A stretch of DNA of 63,067 bases, filler included, from Bigelowiella natans CCMP2755 (GCA_000320545.1; 7 parts of 7 records of this genome joined end to end with filler, not necessarily neighbours in it); one strand, 5' to 3'. Positions 37,416 to 50,389 are shown, counted from the whole stretch's first letter. The notes: generated from the sequence alone by a model not told the origin. Numbers and translations: made by a program.

Positions 37416-37760
37416 GGGGGGGAGAGCGAAAGGGGTACGATGATGGAGGATCAGAAGCTCACGAATGAGTTTGGAGGATACTCAATCTATCAATGGACGT
37501 AATCGTTGTCATTGCTCTCTCTCCCTCTCTATGTTGTGTTGCTTCGATGTTATGGCAGGCAAGGAACTGCCTTCCCCCGCATCGACGTCAGGTAGTAAAT
37601 AGAAGCAGAAACAGCAGCAGCATACAGCACCATTCTCTTCTCCATTACAAAACGGCGTCACGTGTACAATCATAAAAGAACATCATAAAAACGTGTGCTC
37701 TCCTCCTCTCCCCTCCCTCGTAGACTCGATAACGGAGTTTTGGGAAGAATCTTCATCGAG
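25187..37760 (+). CDS. SPT6: Transcription elongation factor / histone chaperone SPT6, roughly 30 exons, 3' end (rest of S1, SH2) lost in gap
   Basis: Acidic N-terminus (MSDSDDD..; DELDLIEENTG), DEEIKNADLPERLQ, EEAKWI..VLNFIK..EVPVI, YqgF-like RVMVCCVG..VVSEDGELVDHL, HhH GVDVN..LQFLPGLGPRKA, LDRTRIHPEDYSLA, IKNELMNPF..LFYLMTGES and S1-like LDNGVLGRI. Confidence 0.93.
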
Positions 37761-37843
37761 GTAAACTCTGCACGAAAATGCTGCCTGCCAAGATATTTGA
37801 TCAATTATAGAGGACGAGGGGAGGGAAGGAGGGGGGGGGGGAA

Positions 37844-37943
37844 NNNNNNNNNNNNNNNNNNNNNNNNNNNNNNNNNNNNNNNNNNNNTTAATTAATTAAN
37901 NNNNNNNNNNNNNNNNNNNNNNNNNNNNNNNNNNNNNNNNNNN
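37844..37943. other. Artificial assembly gap linker
   Basis: N44-TTAATTAATTAA-N44. Confidence 0.95.
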
Positions 37944-38015
37944 CGACTATCTACTCACGACTTCATACGCAGCCGGCTATGCAGAGGGGTAATAACAATA
38001 ACAGCAACAATAATA

Positions 38016-38050
<35 letters not shown>

Positions 38051-38053
38051 GAA

Positions 38054-38106
<53 letters not shown>

Positions 38107-38235
38107 GTGGCTGGTGCATATTTAATATGGATATTAGGTGGCTTACCGTTCGAGAAATGGCACAATTCTACAAAAATGTTTACGTATTCGGGTGTGTTTC
38201 TTGACACTAAAATGCCTTACATCCAACCCTACCCC

Positions 38236-38293
<58 letters not shown>

Positions 38294-39285
38294 ATATATG
38301 TATAATATGTACTATAAGAAGTAAGTGTATTAAATACACATATACCGTATTGACATAGCCCCTCCGGTCCTCGAGAGTCGCTTGTCGACTTCGTCCTGGA
38401 AAACGACAAGTGGGTGCGTGCCCAGGCGAAGGCAAATATGGGTGATCGTTACCATTGCCGTGTTTTGAAGATGAAGACTTTCCCTCCTCTTCCTCGTCAT
38501 CGGCACAGTAGAAGCCTGCAGCAGCAGTCTGTTGCTTTTGCGTGCAAACAATAAGAATATTTGTCGGGTGCGTATGCATGTAACGGCTGGCGAAAAGGAT
38601 GAGTCTTTGATCTTGATGGCGGGCACTTGCCACACGTTGGTTAATCCCCCGAACTCCATTCTCTTCCTATTGAATGACGAGTGTTATGGCAGCAGGATAC
38701 GTGGCTGATTGTCTTTATTGTAGCCACAGCTTTATCCTCGCCTAGCTCATCCATATCCTCCCCCATCCCATCCCCTCCTCATATTTTGCTGCTTCATAGG
38801 GTCTTCCCCTTACTGGCAGAACGTTGCGGCTGTTTACGCGCGATTTGACGGAATGTTAGACGGGTAGAGTGAGTTGCTAGTGTTTGGTGATGAGAAGGCA
38901 TATATGAATGAATAATCTTAGCATGAGAAGAACGCCGAGCCCCCCCCCCCCCCTTTGCCTTAATCGAGCACCATGTTCATTGTATGGTTCGTTAAATAAT
39001 TGGGGAGAGGGGCGCGAGGGTGAGTGTTTATGCTGCAATCCATACATTGCGCGAAATCATCCCTACATGTTCTTCACTCGTTGATTCAATGCCTTGACCG
39101 GCTATATATCGGTAGATATAATGCTGCAGCTGCCGCCTCCCGGCAGGGCGATGGCGCCGCGTATCCGAGGAGCCGCATCATGAACAATATGACGAAACTC
39201 GATTTGCTCTGGATCAATCTCGACGGGGACTTATTTGACTTGCAGGTAGTAGCAGCATATTGGGAGTTGTAGTAGCAGTAAGTAA

Positions 39286-39321
<36 letters not shown>

Positions 39322-39843
39322 GAAGCATACTGCTCAACTTTGTAGTAGGCATAATCCGAGCGTATGCATAGAATTTCTTGAATAGCTTTTGTCATAATTG
39401 CTATTCATCATAATCGAGCAGCTATTAGATCCCACTGCTCATCATGCTGTGCTTGTTCGTTGCCGTGTCCCCCCCCCTCTCTTTCTTTCTCTCCCATTGC
39501 AATAATAACCCAGTCTGGAGTGCGGTGGCAGCAGGAAATGCTGATCTCAAAGAGGAGGAGGAGCAGGAGCAGCCACAGAACGAAAATACAAGAGCAGCAG
39601 CAGGAGGAGAGGGAGGGGGAGGAGGAGGAGGAGAGGTCCAACCACTTACGAACGACTGAGCCCCCCGTAGGATTTGCAGGCCGACACGGCCGCGCCGCAT
39701 CCCTTCAAGGTGAAACATCGTATTTTCCTTTGTTAGATGTGGAAGCATTTTCCAGCATCGTGCGGTTTATGTATGCACGGTCGTTGATGTGGGTTTTTTG
39801 GCTCCAGGTCTGTTTATTTCGCTGCTGCTGCCTCTGACAAGCC

Positions 39844-39897
<54 letters not shown>

Positions 39898-40770
39898 CGC
39901 GTGACTACGGAGTTAGGTCTCGACTACCCGAACGGACTTAGGTGTTCCTCGTTGGTAAAGGTAACTATGGCCGACGGGAGGAAAAGGAAGATCAAAGGGA
40001 GGGGGGGGAGAGAGTAAATGTAGATAAGAGGACGCAGGAGATGGGAGGTGTGAGTTAAATAGTAATCCCCCTTCTATTCCTAACATTGTTGTGAAGGTGT
40101 TGGATGGTAATGTGGACATTTTCTTCGGCCACGATACGTGGTAGTAGGATAGTAGTAGCCCACAAGCAGTAGTACCGAATTAAAGTCGTTATCACTAAAT
40201 GCAACATCGACTTTCACATTCATACATAAGCAAACACCCCGTAGTGCGTGTGACTGCATATGCAATTTTGCGTGTGTATAGAAACAAAATATACAAATAA
40301 TATTGACTTACTTATCTTGTCACCACCCACTATCATCATCACCATTACTGATCTCTCCCATTATTCTCTTCTCCCCCTCCTCGTCATCAAAATCCCCAAG
40401 GGACACGTATGCCACAGCGGCACCGCGTATCTTCAAGAACCTCAACCTGCCCGTGATAGGCGCTGACAGGTAGCGCTCCTTTCAAATTCGTATGATGAAT
40501 CAACTTTGCCTGCCTCTCCCCTTCTCGTATTTCAAGTTACCGCGTGTATTTTTAATGTGTATTATTGTCATTATTGTTGTTGTTGTTGTTGTTGTTGTTG
40601 TTTTTATATCTCAGGTCTACGGGGCTGCGGTCGGTGTCAATGTCGAGCTCTCCTGGTTTCTTGCAGAGTATAGATGACTACTATCTCATCGAGGACAAAA
40701 CGAAGTAAGAATAAGAATAAGTATAAGAAGAGGAGCAGGATGAGGAAGATGGACGACTTAGATACTATAT

Positions 40771-40836
<66 letters not shown>

Positions 40837-40921
40837 AGGAACACGAAGCTAGGTGTGATGGAACGTCGATCATCATCTACAACAAATCGGCCTATGCCGC
40901 TTTCACCTCCTCACTCGGGGC
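37944..40921 (+). CDS. Phospholipase B-like (Ntn-hydrolase, PLBD family) protein, internal fragment between two gaps
   Basis: Exons: SYAAGYAEG / WLTVREMAQFYKNVY / PYWQNVAAVYARFDGMLDG / LLWINLDGDLFDLQ / LRCSSLVK (nucleophile Cys) / DIFFGHDTW / DTYATAAPRIFK / SMSSSPGFLQSIDDYYLI / LGVME(T)SIIIYNKSAY. One apparent 1-nt frameshift near 40862. Confidence 0.9.
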
Positions 40922-41021
40922 NNNNNNNNNNNNNNNNNNNNNNNNNNNNNNNNNNNNNNNNNNNNTTAATTAATTAANNNNNNNNNNNNNNNNNNNNNNN
41001 NNNNNNNNNNNNNNNNNNNNN
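40922..41021. other. Artificial assembly gap linker
   Basis: N44-TTAATTAATTAA-N44. Confidence 0.95.
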
Positions 41022-41241
41022 AACGGGCTGTCCGGGACATACGGGAAAGAGTTCGAGAGTGCTGTATTTCTCGCTCTCTGTCTCCATAATATATTAATAA
41101 AGATATATATGTGATACCCCTCTCTCACCTCTGTGTCTCTCTACGTATATCCACTGTTATAGATGTAGTGGGACCGCACGAAATTATATTGATTTATGTT
41201 TTTTCACACTCACTCGCTAGTGAGAGCCCCAGTGAGTCTGA

Positions 41242-41311
<70 letters not shown>

Positions 41312-42270
41312 TAAAAAAAGATAAAATGATAGAAGGTAGGCACGGAATGGAGAGGAGATAGTGGTGTAATATTTGAAGATTACGGTAAATCTGCCGATTC
41401 TTCGGGGAGGAGTTGATAATCAAATGCGGTGATAAATACACATTCGTCTTTTCTCAAAATGAACGCAGAGGACGACGCCCAGAAGAGCAGAGAAGGAGTG
41501 GTCCACTACAGGGTGTTGCCAGGATATTTCCCAAAGGTAGTTCTCCACCTGTGTCTCTCTCCCCTTATGACCAGGACGGCCTGTACCACCCCTCTCTGGC
41601 GTATGGAAAGTCCACCTGCTGCTGTGCTCATATTGCGAACATATATTTGTAGGGCATGAGCTACCACTTCGATGGGCTGGCGACGGTACGACGACAACGC
41701 AGCCCCCCTCGTTGATTAACAGCTTCCGCTGCGTTAAGAGATTCTCGGTTTTGGCACATAAGAAAGGGCTCCTTCACTGAACATGGTGGTGTCTTCTTCG
41801 TTTCCCTAGGTGATGAAGGTGGAGTTTGTTAACGGCTCCTTCTTGCACGTAACATCGAAGATCTTCGAATCTGCGGCAGGGAAGAGGTCGACACAAGTTT
41901 CTGCTAGAGTAACAATGAAATGGGGGGGGGGCAGGGTTGGCTCTGACACGCCAACGACGTCCAATGCTTCGTTAGTAACTCCTCGTTTTGTCTGCTCATC
42001 AGTTTCGAAAGCTGCGATTTCTTCGGCACGGGAACAGGTGAGCTCGCGCACAGGGCGAAAGCATCAGCAACCACGTCGAGGATGAGAGCATCCATCTCAC
42101 GCCAGTACCATGCACGACTTGCCAATGCACCGAGACCCCACTCCAGCACATGATTGTCCCAATTAATGCTTTCTATGTGGCCGCAGGTCCCACGAAGCCT
42201 CTCGTCCCCCACATTTGCTTCCAAAATCCAGGTGCTAGCACATCTGCGCTCGCTAATTCCATGGCAGACA

Positions 42271-42310
<40 letters not shown>

Positions 42311-42480
42311 TCTTTCCTCTCCCCCCTCTTTCCCTCCCTTTCTTAAATAAACGCTCTCACTTACGCTGAGTATTGTACTACCGCTGCTAATAATAATATT
42401 AATAATCATTGTTGTTGCTGCTGTTGTTGGCATTTTAAAAGGAGTCAACCTTTTACCCGTTGGCGAAGACAAACCTTTGG
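41022..42480 (+). CDS. Carotenoid oxygenase (RPE65/CCD/BCO family), N-terminal-region fragment between gaps
   Basis: Spliced exons GVVHYRVLPGYFPK / GMSYHFDGLAT / VMKVEFVNGSFLHVTSKIFES / .. NP / GVNLLPVG resemble the family pattern GxLxRxGPG..HWFDG..NG..Y..S..NxNV. Confidence 0.6.
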
Positions 42481-42546
42481 TGAGCTGCGGCATAGCTTGT
42501 ATAAACGATACGAATTACATCTTATGGCGGGGGGGGGGGGGGGGGG

Positions 42547-42646
42547 NNNNNNNNNNNNNNNNNNNNNNNNNNNNNNNNNNNNNNNNNNNNTTAATTAATT
42601 AANNNNNNNNNNNNNNNNNNNNNNNNNNNNNNNNNNNNNNNNNNNN
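42547..42646. other. Artificial assembly gap linker
   Basis: N44-TTAATTAATTAA-N44. Confidence 0.95.
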
Positions 42647-42663
42647 AGTATATATTATATACA

Positions 42664-42719
<56 letters not shown>

Positions 42720-42763
42720 CCACTAATGATTCGTTTTCTCTCCCCCAAATTGCTCTTTCCAAG

Positions 42764-43559
42764 GCCCAATCGGATGCGAGCTCGGTCAAGCGTTTGTCAG
42801 GTTTTTGCCGCACGTTTTTTTAAAACACTCTATCAACTATGAAAGAAAACAGTTACAGATGAATATTGACATTGTTTAACTAGTATTATGATACATGTGT
42901 ATGTGTACATTTACATATTTTTTCCATATATATGCATATGTGTGTATACATATCATCGTCAGATTCGGGTCGCAAGTTAAGATATTTTCCCGTCGAGGAA
43001 TCGTCATGAGCAAGGTGTGATGAACATTACTTAGTTTATCGTCTGTGCCGTCTCACCTGCATATCTACCTTCTACGCACGCAGCACCTCGCCGAAATGTT
43101 CATTCCTCTCTATTTCATCGTCTACTTCTCCTCTCTCCTTCCTAGCTACTGAAAACAACTGTATATGATTGTTCAATCAATATTCTCGTGCCTGGTGTTT
43201 TTGGATGCCATCACAATTTGTAGGAAGATCCGGAGGCTGCTGCTATCGTCAAACAACAAATGGAGAAGGTTTTTCTCGTAGTTGTTATCCAAAAACTAAC
43301 GCAACACACACGCGTAAAATTATCTTGACCTTGACATGCGTATCTGAGCAGGAAGGAATGCCAATAGTAATGTGTCAGTGGCAGTACAAAGCATATTGTT
43401 TCTTACGTTATTCCTCCGTGGTTTGCAGGAAGGCGTTGAGTTCATCGCAGCGACAACGGAAAAGGTCGTATATGCTTCTTCTTTGCAAAAACCAAATACC
43501 TGTAGCACCAAGCATAGTAGAACATTAGGAATCAAATTGCGCAAGAATACACGCGTGAC

Positions 43560-43605
<46 letters not shown>

Positions 43606-43618
43606 TTCTTTCCCTCTT

Positions 43619-43673
<55 letters not shown>

Positions 43674-44049
43674 TCCCTCTCTCTCTCTTTCCCTCTCTCT
43701 CCAACAGTGCGAAGTAAGAGACTCCAAGATTCTAATGACCTACAAGACAAAAGAGGTAGGTACTGGTAGGTGAGCAGAAGGGCTAGAGAGGTTGGCGTGA
43801 GAAGGTGCCTTTGTGCTGGAGGATATGCGGTCTAACGCGTCGTTTGATTGGACTAGGGCAAGGTGGTGGAAGAGCTATTCGATGAGTTATTACTGAGTGC
43901 AGGGAGGTAGTAGATTTTTTTGCCTGGAAAACAACACCGTGCTCTGTGTGTTGTACAATGACATACAACTCAATCTGAGAGAAGAAATGCTGCTAACGCT
44001 GAGTCAAGGCATGATAGCACAATTGCCTACAAGCACATACTATATATAC

Positions 44050-44104
<55 letters not shown>

Positions 44105-46579
44105 ACTCACCTCCACACTCGCATCCCCCTGCCCCTGAATACTACGATAGAGTTCCGAACATCGAAGGCCTTAACCTGGAAGCTGCTGGAGTGCAGTACA
44201 CGCAGAAGGGTCAGTGTTGTCGGCGCCAGATAGATTAGGATGAGCAATGCCGGCCTCTCCGGGAAGAGGGCGTGTATGTGTGTGCAGAAACACTCATTTG
44301 GCGGGATGATGACGTGTGTCTCTGAGAGTGATAATGGTTTCCCTGCTGTTGGGTTTACGCGCGCAATTACGCACATAAACAACCGCAAACACAGCCAACA
44401 TATGTGTGCTGATTCTTCAAAACACGTCACGGTTGAGAAAACAGCTTACATGCCATGTGTGTCAGCAGCTCCAATTTCACACTACATTTCACCACTACAA
44501 ACATGCAGGCGTGACGGTCAATGACCATCTCCAGACTTCAAACCCGGACATCTATGCAACCGGTTATAACTCGCACGCACGCAGCAAACGTAGCGGTTAT
44601 GTTCTCTTCATTGGTTGCGCCACTAGCTCGACTCTCTGAGGCCACCTTGATATACCAATGAGGAGTTAATATGGCGTCTGTTTTTAGCTTTGTGCATATA
44701 TCCTCATCTTCCGTCTGTATTTGGTAGAGGTCTTATTGATGTTTGTGCGTGCGTTGCTTGCTCCAGGTGACGTGTGCTTAAAGGAGCAATTCACGCATAT
44801 GTCCGGTATAGTTTTCTCCCTCCATAAAATGAATTGCTATAAATGAAAAGGTGTTTAACTGAGCGGACGTATACTTATTTCTCCCTGGTTGTTTGTGTGT
44901 AAATGTGTGTGGGTGTGAGTGTGTGTGAGTGAGTGAGTAAGTGTTTGATGACAATTGTATGATGATGCTACTGCAGGTACCTCCGCTGTACTGGTGACGG
45001 ATAATGCCCTGAAAGGGATGAATCGAAAGTAATCCGATAACGTATTGCCTACAAAACGATAAAGGAGAACATGCATCCTTCTAGCCTGTACCCGATGTAG
45101 TTTTTCGCGGTTAGTTTTGACAACGCACTGTGGTTATTGCCCAGTATTCTATGTAGCCGTGTATCATGTGTTAATCAAGCCACGCAGTATGCTTGATCTA
45201 GTGCTGATTGTTAGGTACTCCGATTTTGTGATTCCACGGGTGACTTTCACAGAGCCAGAGGTCGGTTGTTATGGCAGCGATTAAACGTCTTTACTGTGCG
45301 TGTGGGTGTAGTGGAAGTGTTGGTGTGTGGGTGTGTGTGTGTGTGTGTGTGTGCGTGTGTGTTTGCGTGCCTTTTAAATGCGAATTGCGTCTCTGAATAT
45401 TGTACATATGCAAGCATATGTGCTCTGGCGTGATGAACGTGTGGAAGAAGCACACGATGAGGCAACTATACAGTCGAAAAGACAGCATTCATTCTCTGTA
45501 GGTTGCGCATGTTGGCCTTACTGAGCCGGAGATCAAGAACAAGTAATTCCGCATATTCTTCGATCATTTTCGTATCTAAAAACGGGATAGCGCGCACAAA
45601 CACAAACCCCAACACAAACGCGCATATACACAAATGACATGGTGGTGTGATATGCTAGAGTTGAATATCATTAATAAATATTTCATAGATTCGGGGAGGA
45701 GTACTACATGTTTAAGCGGCCGTTCAAAATCGTTGATAGAAACATCACCGATGGGTACTCACCTACTTATACGAAATAACATGAAATCACGCACTCTAGC
45801 GCCTCCCTGCACACACAAAGACTACTAGAGTACACAACAACAGCTTCAGGAAGAAAGTTGTTTCGAGCTGCAGAGAGCGCAAAGTCGCCACTGCTTACAA
45901 TGATTAAGCAACCATACTCGGAGGTAATCTATGCGTACTCTTCTCAGGTATAAGGAAGGGTTCTGCAAGATGTTTACCATGAAGGTTAATCATTCACACT
46001 CTGCACGCACAAGGAGAAAACTCAAGTAGGCGGCTGTCTATCCCCACAAGGCCCCACCTACCGTGCTACTGTGCTTCTTAAACAATCGTCGTCGTACAAA
46101 AACCAGTGTGCAAGCGATGTTGGCAGCTCACGAAAAAGAACACACGCACACACACACGCACACACGTGTGTTTTAATACCAAATGTAGAAAACCGACGAG
46201 ATTCTAGGATGCACAATCGTCGGGCACGGTGCTGGAGAAATGCTTGGAATTGTGAGTTAAATTCTTTGGATGTGATTCTTTAGATAAGCGCTGCATGATG
46301 ATATCCCCAAACCAAATGCCTAACGTTGTGCACAAAGTAGTACACGTGCGCTTTCTCGCGTCCCTCCAAAAGGTGATAAAAAGTGATAAAACTCAAACAA
46401 CAATAGGTCACGACGGCAATGGTAGGCAAACTGGGCGCATTGACAGTAAGCGCATATGACAGTGAAGTTTATGATGTGTCTTTCACTTGCGTTTTGGCGA
46501 TCTTTTACAGGTTGCGAAGATCATATGTCCTTACCCGACGATGCATGAGAACGTCAAATTCACAGCTGCAGGATTCAGG

Positions 46580-46620
<41 letters not shown>

Positions 46621-47103
46621 CAGTTTGTGTGTGTGTGTATGTGTGTGGGGAATAAGTTCAATTTCTATTGCAAAAGCGTACAATACGGAAAAAGGAGAGC
46701 CTTCCTGGAAGATTGCTTTCATACTATATCTAAGATTTAGTGTTTGGGTTTTTCATCGAATCGATGCTTCTTTTTTCAAATGATGTTTTTGCAAAAACAT
46801 GTTCAGAGAAAGGGGTTGACTCTCTGCCTTATGCCAACGTTTTGGGGTGGGTTGATGGGCGGTGGATCGAGTGTGTACCCTCGTTATTAAAAACCAAAAT
46901 CGTTTTCTTTACTTTGTCAATCTCCAGGGGCAAACTGAAGAACATGAAACCGTATTATGAGAGGAAGCTCAAGGCGGAAAGAGAGGGTTGGCAGCCAGAT
47001 ACTCTTAATAAGATAAACACGCACATCTATCCTCACACATGCATATTTCTAGTCTCTACATATACAGGGTAGGGAAGATCTTGATGTATAATATATCTAC
47101 ACT

Positions 47104-47147
<44 letters not shown>

Positions 47148-47366
47148 TACATATATATGTATATACATATATTCATTTCGTTGAGATCTAAAATAACTCG
47201 AAAATATCATAAAGAAATGAATGTAAATGATGCCAATAGCAACATGTCACCAAACATAGGTACTACTACGTGTGCGAATCCTGTCATGAAGCTTTCAATT
47301 ATTGCCTTCTGTGGGCTTGCACTGGCAGCTGCTACTTATCGGTTTTTCGCTAAGAAGACAAAGTAG
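42764..47366 (+). CDS. Class I pyridine nucleotide-disulfide oxidoreductase (mercuric-reductase-like), C-terminal two thirds, with a C-terminal TM tail
   Basis: Exons: GPIGCELGQAFVR / FGSQV..MSK / EDPEAAAIVKQQMEK / EGV.. / RVPNIEGLNLEAAGV / VTVNDHLQTSNPDIYATG / DVCLKEQFTHMS / IPRVTFTEPE / VAHVGLTE / ILGCTIVGHGAGEML / ICPYPTMHE. Ends MKLSIIAFCGLALAAATYRFFAKKTK with TAG at 47366. Confidence 0.88.
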
Positions 47367-48073
47367 GATCTCTCTCCAATGGAACATTACGACCTCTGAA
47401 CATTGCTGGTGCGACAGCGACAGCAATAATGTGTAATTGCTTTAGGAAGAAAATACGCTCCACTCTTGCTTTGTGTTTCATCGTTTTCGATCGTTGTGAG
47501 ATGTGTATTTTTTGAGCTTCATATCGACTAAATATTTCATGCTGTTCGATCTTGAAAGTAAACTCTTGTTATGAAAAAACGGTTCCATCCTTTCATGCCA
47601 AGTGTGCAGTTTAATCACACTATGAGTGCATTTGCACGTTGCATTAGAAATTCTTTTCACTCCAATCAATGCAAACAAGAACGAACTTGCTAGCTTGCCC
47701 CCACATGCAGCAACACTTTACCTCAAGCATGTAGATCTACATAATCTGCTGCTACGCTCAATGTGATAAATAAAGAAAAAGACTGTTATGTAGTGTTTGC
47801 ATAATGCGTGCGATGCACAGCCAATCTAGCGTACATAGTTGCTCAATTGAACGCGCGCTCAATTGTCGCATTTGCATGCATGCATGGGAAGGTCTTCTTG
47901 TTATCTCTAGCATTAAATCGCTGTTGTTTGCACATCAGCAATTGGTCATTTTGTACTTCGTTGAATTGCGCTACTTTGTGATTTGCAGCATCAGAGAAAA
48001 GTGTACGTAACCCTACCTAGCTACGCTTTATAGCTTGGCATTGCTTCATCTAGACAGCGCTAGCTAGCTAGAG

Positions 48074-48273
48074 CTAGACAGCCTTCAAAGCGTTGTCGCT
48101 AACGCGAAGCATCTGCGATTTCGACCTGATGTACTCTTTCCAACGCGATTCTGCAAGAGAAATCCATTCCTTGCGCTAAAAATTACAATGCGCAAGATTC
48201 AATCGATTCGCTTTACACGTTGAACACTCACAATTACACATTTGCACCCAATCGCACACAAACAGATACATGA

Positions 48274-48313
<40 letters not shown>

Positions 48314-48509
48314 TATGACCACACATGAAAGAGAGAAGAGGCGGGGGGGGGGTAGAGAGAAAGAAGGAAACTTAAATATTGAATCTCCTTCTAAAATGTG
48401 TAAAATATAAATATACTAGCTGATTGGCATACGGCGTCTTAATGACGCACACTTGGACCTTTACCCGATCAGGCTTAACTCGAAGTATTAAGGCAAAGAA
48501 TGTAACCGC
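48074..48509 (-). CDS. Last two exons of an unidentified gene running out of the adjacent gap
   Basis: cag|AVTFFALILRVKPDR|gtaaag ... tag|RKEWISLAESRWKEYIRSKSQMLRVSDNALKAV* in matching phase, with an SSR-filled intron between them. Confidence 0.45.
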
Positions 48510-48554
48510 CTGCACGGGTTTTTCATTGGAACCGCGGGGAGGGGGGGGGGGGGG

Positions 48555-48654
48555 NNNNNNNNNNNNNNNNNNNNNNNNNNNNNNNNNNNNNNNNNNNNTT
48601 AATTAATTAANNNNNNNNNNNNNNNNNNNNNNNNNNNNNNNNNNNNNNNNNNNN
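48555..48654. other. Artificial assembly gap linker
   Basis: N44-TTAATTAATTAA-N44. Confidence 0.95.
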
Positions 48655-49074
48655 ACCCCCCCCCCCCCCCCTCCCCCACGAGGCCCCCTACGTTTAATCA
48701 AAAAAAAGGGGCAATATCCGAGTAAATTTTTGAAATTGCGTGGCGCTTGTTAAAAAAAATTTCGCCAAACCGCCGTTGTTAAAAAGCCGCTCCTTAAACG
48801 GAGATTAAATTTCCCCCGGGGCCCCCCCCCCCCTTTTTTAAAAAACCAACCCCCCCCCCCCCCCCCCAAAAAGGGGTTGGGGGGGGGGGGGGGGCCAGAG
48901 TGAAGGGAAAGTGGGATCGTAGCATTGTCTGCACTCCCTGTATCTCTCTCAAGATATGACGAGAGAAAACATCCGTGGTCTTCACTGGCAAATGCAACAC
49001 AGCGCTCGCTAAATCCTAGAGCGTATTTCGGCCCCTTTCCCAATTGAACCCCCCACCCCCATACACACAATCTA

Positions 49075-49808
49075 GAGAAGTGAGAGCGGGATACTGCTTG
49101 TTTAAAAAAGGGAGGTGACGCACCGGAGGAAAAGAAGTTACTGGCAACGGGAGACCTGAAGAACGCAGGTTTCGCAGCTGTTTGCATTATCAATAGTCCA
49201 CCATTTTCCTTGATACTTTCTACTGCTATTGCCCTCTACTTGTTGTTGCATAGAGCAACGAGCTTCTGGCGCAAATGAGGTATCGACGTATTTCCTCATG
49301 ATCTCTCTAGTTATTTTTGGAACAGCATGAATAACAAAGAAATACAGGGGAAAATGAGAAAGACTGGATGGATCCTAATCCCCCCTAACCCCCCCCCCCC
49401 CTCTTTCCCCGCCCTCTTGCTCTTTTTGGGCGCACAACAAACTCTCAGGTTGAGATGCAGAATCTTGAGAAAAGGATCGCAGTTGACAGCAAGACGGACA
49501 AGAACAATAACGTCAAGGCGTTGGGCGCTGAGGTGGCCGTCGCTAGCAGCATCATAACAATCATTCCTTTGGCAGCACAACCCACCGCTGGATCTGACCT
49601 GCTTTTACTCTACTGACACTACTGTCGATATTCTATCCGTGCTGTTTCTTCTTGCTGTTCGCATATGTGCAGGAACTCGCCGTGCTCAATGCAGTGGAGA
49701 TGGGTAAGGGCAAAACTGTGGCAAATATATGTCCTCGCCCTCACATCCCCCTTCCCCCCGTTTTGGATTGATAATGCCTGATGTCGCATTTTAATATAGG
49801 CGCTTGAC

Positions 49809-49845
<37 letters not shown>

Positions 49846-50345
49846 CCCCCTCCCTCCTATCTCTTTTGTAGGGGACAGCGGCCTTTTCCGTCAGCTCCAT
49901 GCTTTGCTGCTCAAGCGTTTCTGGATTACCGTCGTGATCGAAGAGGTACGGAATATAATTTGGATTATCCCTCCCCGTTCTTCGCCGGCTGCTCTTAACC
50001 CCCCTCCCCCCCCCCCTCCTCCCTCTCTCTCATTCACTACCCTTCATCATTGTAGGGCTGCTCTGGACTATTTTCTACCCTCTTGCAATTCTTACCGTCA
50101 CGTATGTTGAAATCGAAAGGAAAGGGGGGGTGGGATAAAGGAACGCGTTTTTATTCCGCTGATGAACGTGCGCTCCCGTTGATTCTTTTGGTTTCTTATA
50201 GCATTGGTCTGATGCAATTGGGGATTGAAGGAGACTTTCCAACTTTGGATCTCACGCCTTCCATGTACGTACAAAAGGAGAGAAGAGGAGCATTTCGATT
50301 CGTGTTGGCTGTTTGGCCTCTCTACCGCAATGATTATGCCGGCAC

Positions 50346-50389
<44 letters not shown>

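Noticed and set aside
40861-40864. Frameshift in the phospholipase B-like gene (GAACG where GAAACG restores VMETSIIIYNK), as programmed frameshifting or pseudogenisation
   Set aside because: A single missing base in a short homopolymer 60 nt from a contig end is most simply a sequencing error. Raw reads would settle it.
48655-48900. G/C homopolymer block with apparent inverted symmetry (G-quadruplex or hairpin candidate)
   Set aside because: Directly abuts a gap and looks like low-quality read-end sequence with inflated homopolymers.
49918-49924. Frameshift in the ABCA KRF-x-DYRRD motif
   Set aside because: One-base homopolymer deficit in a short contig with low-quality ends; probably a sequencing error.
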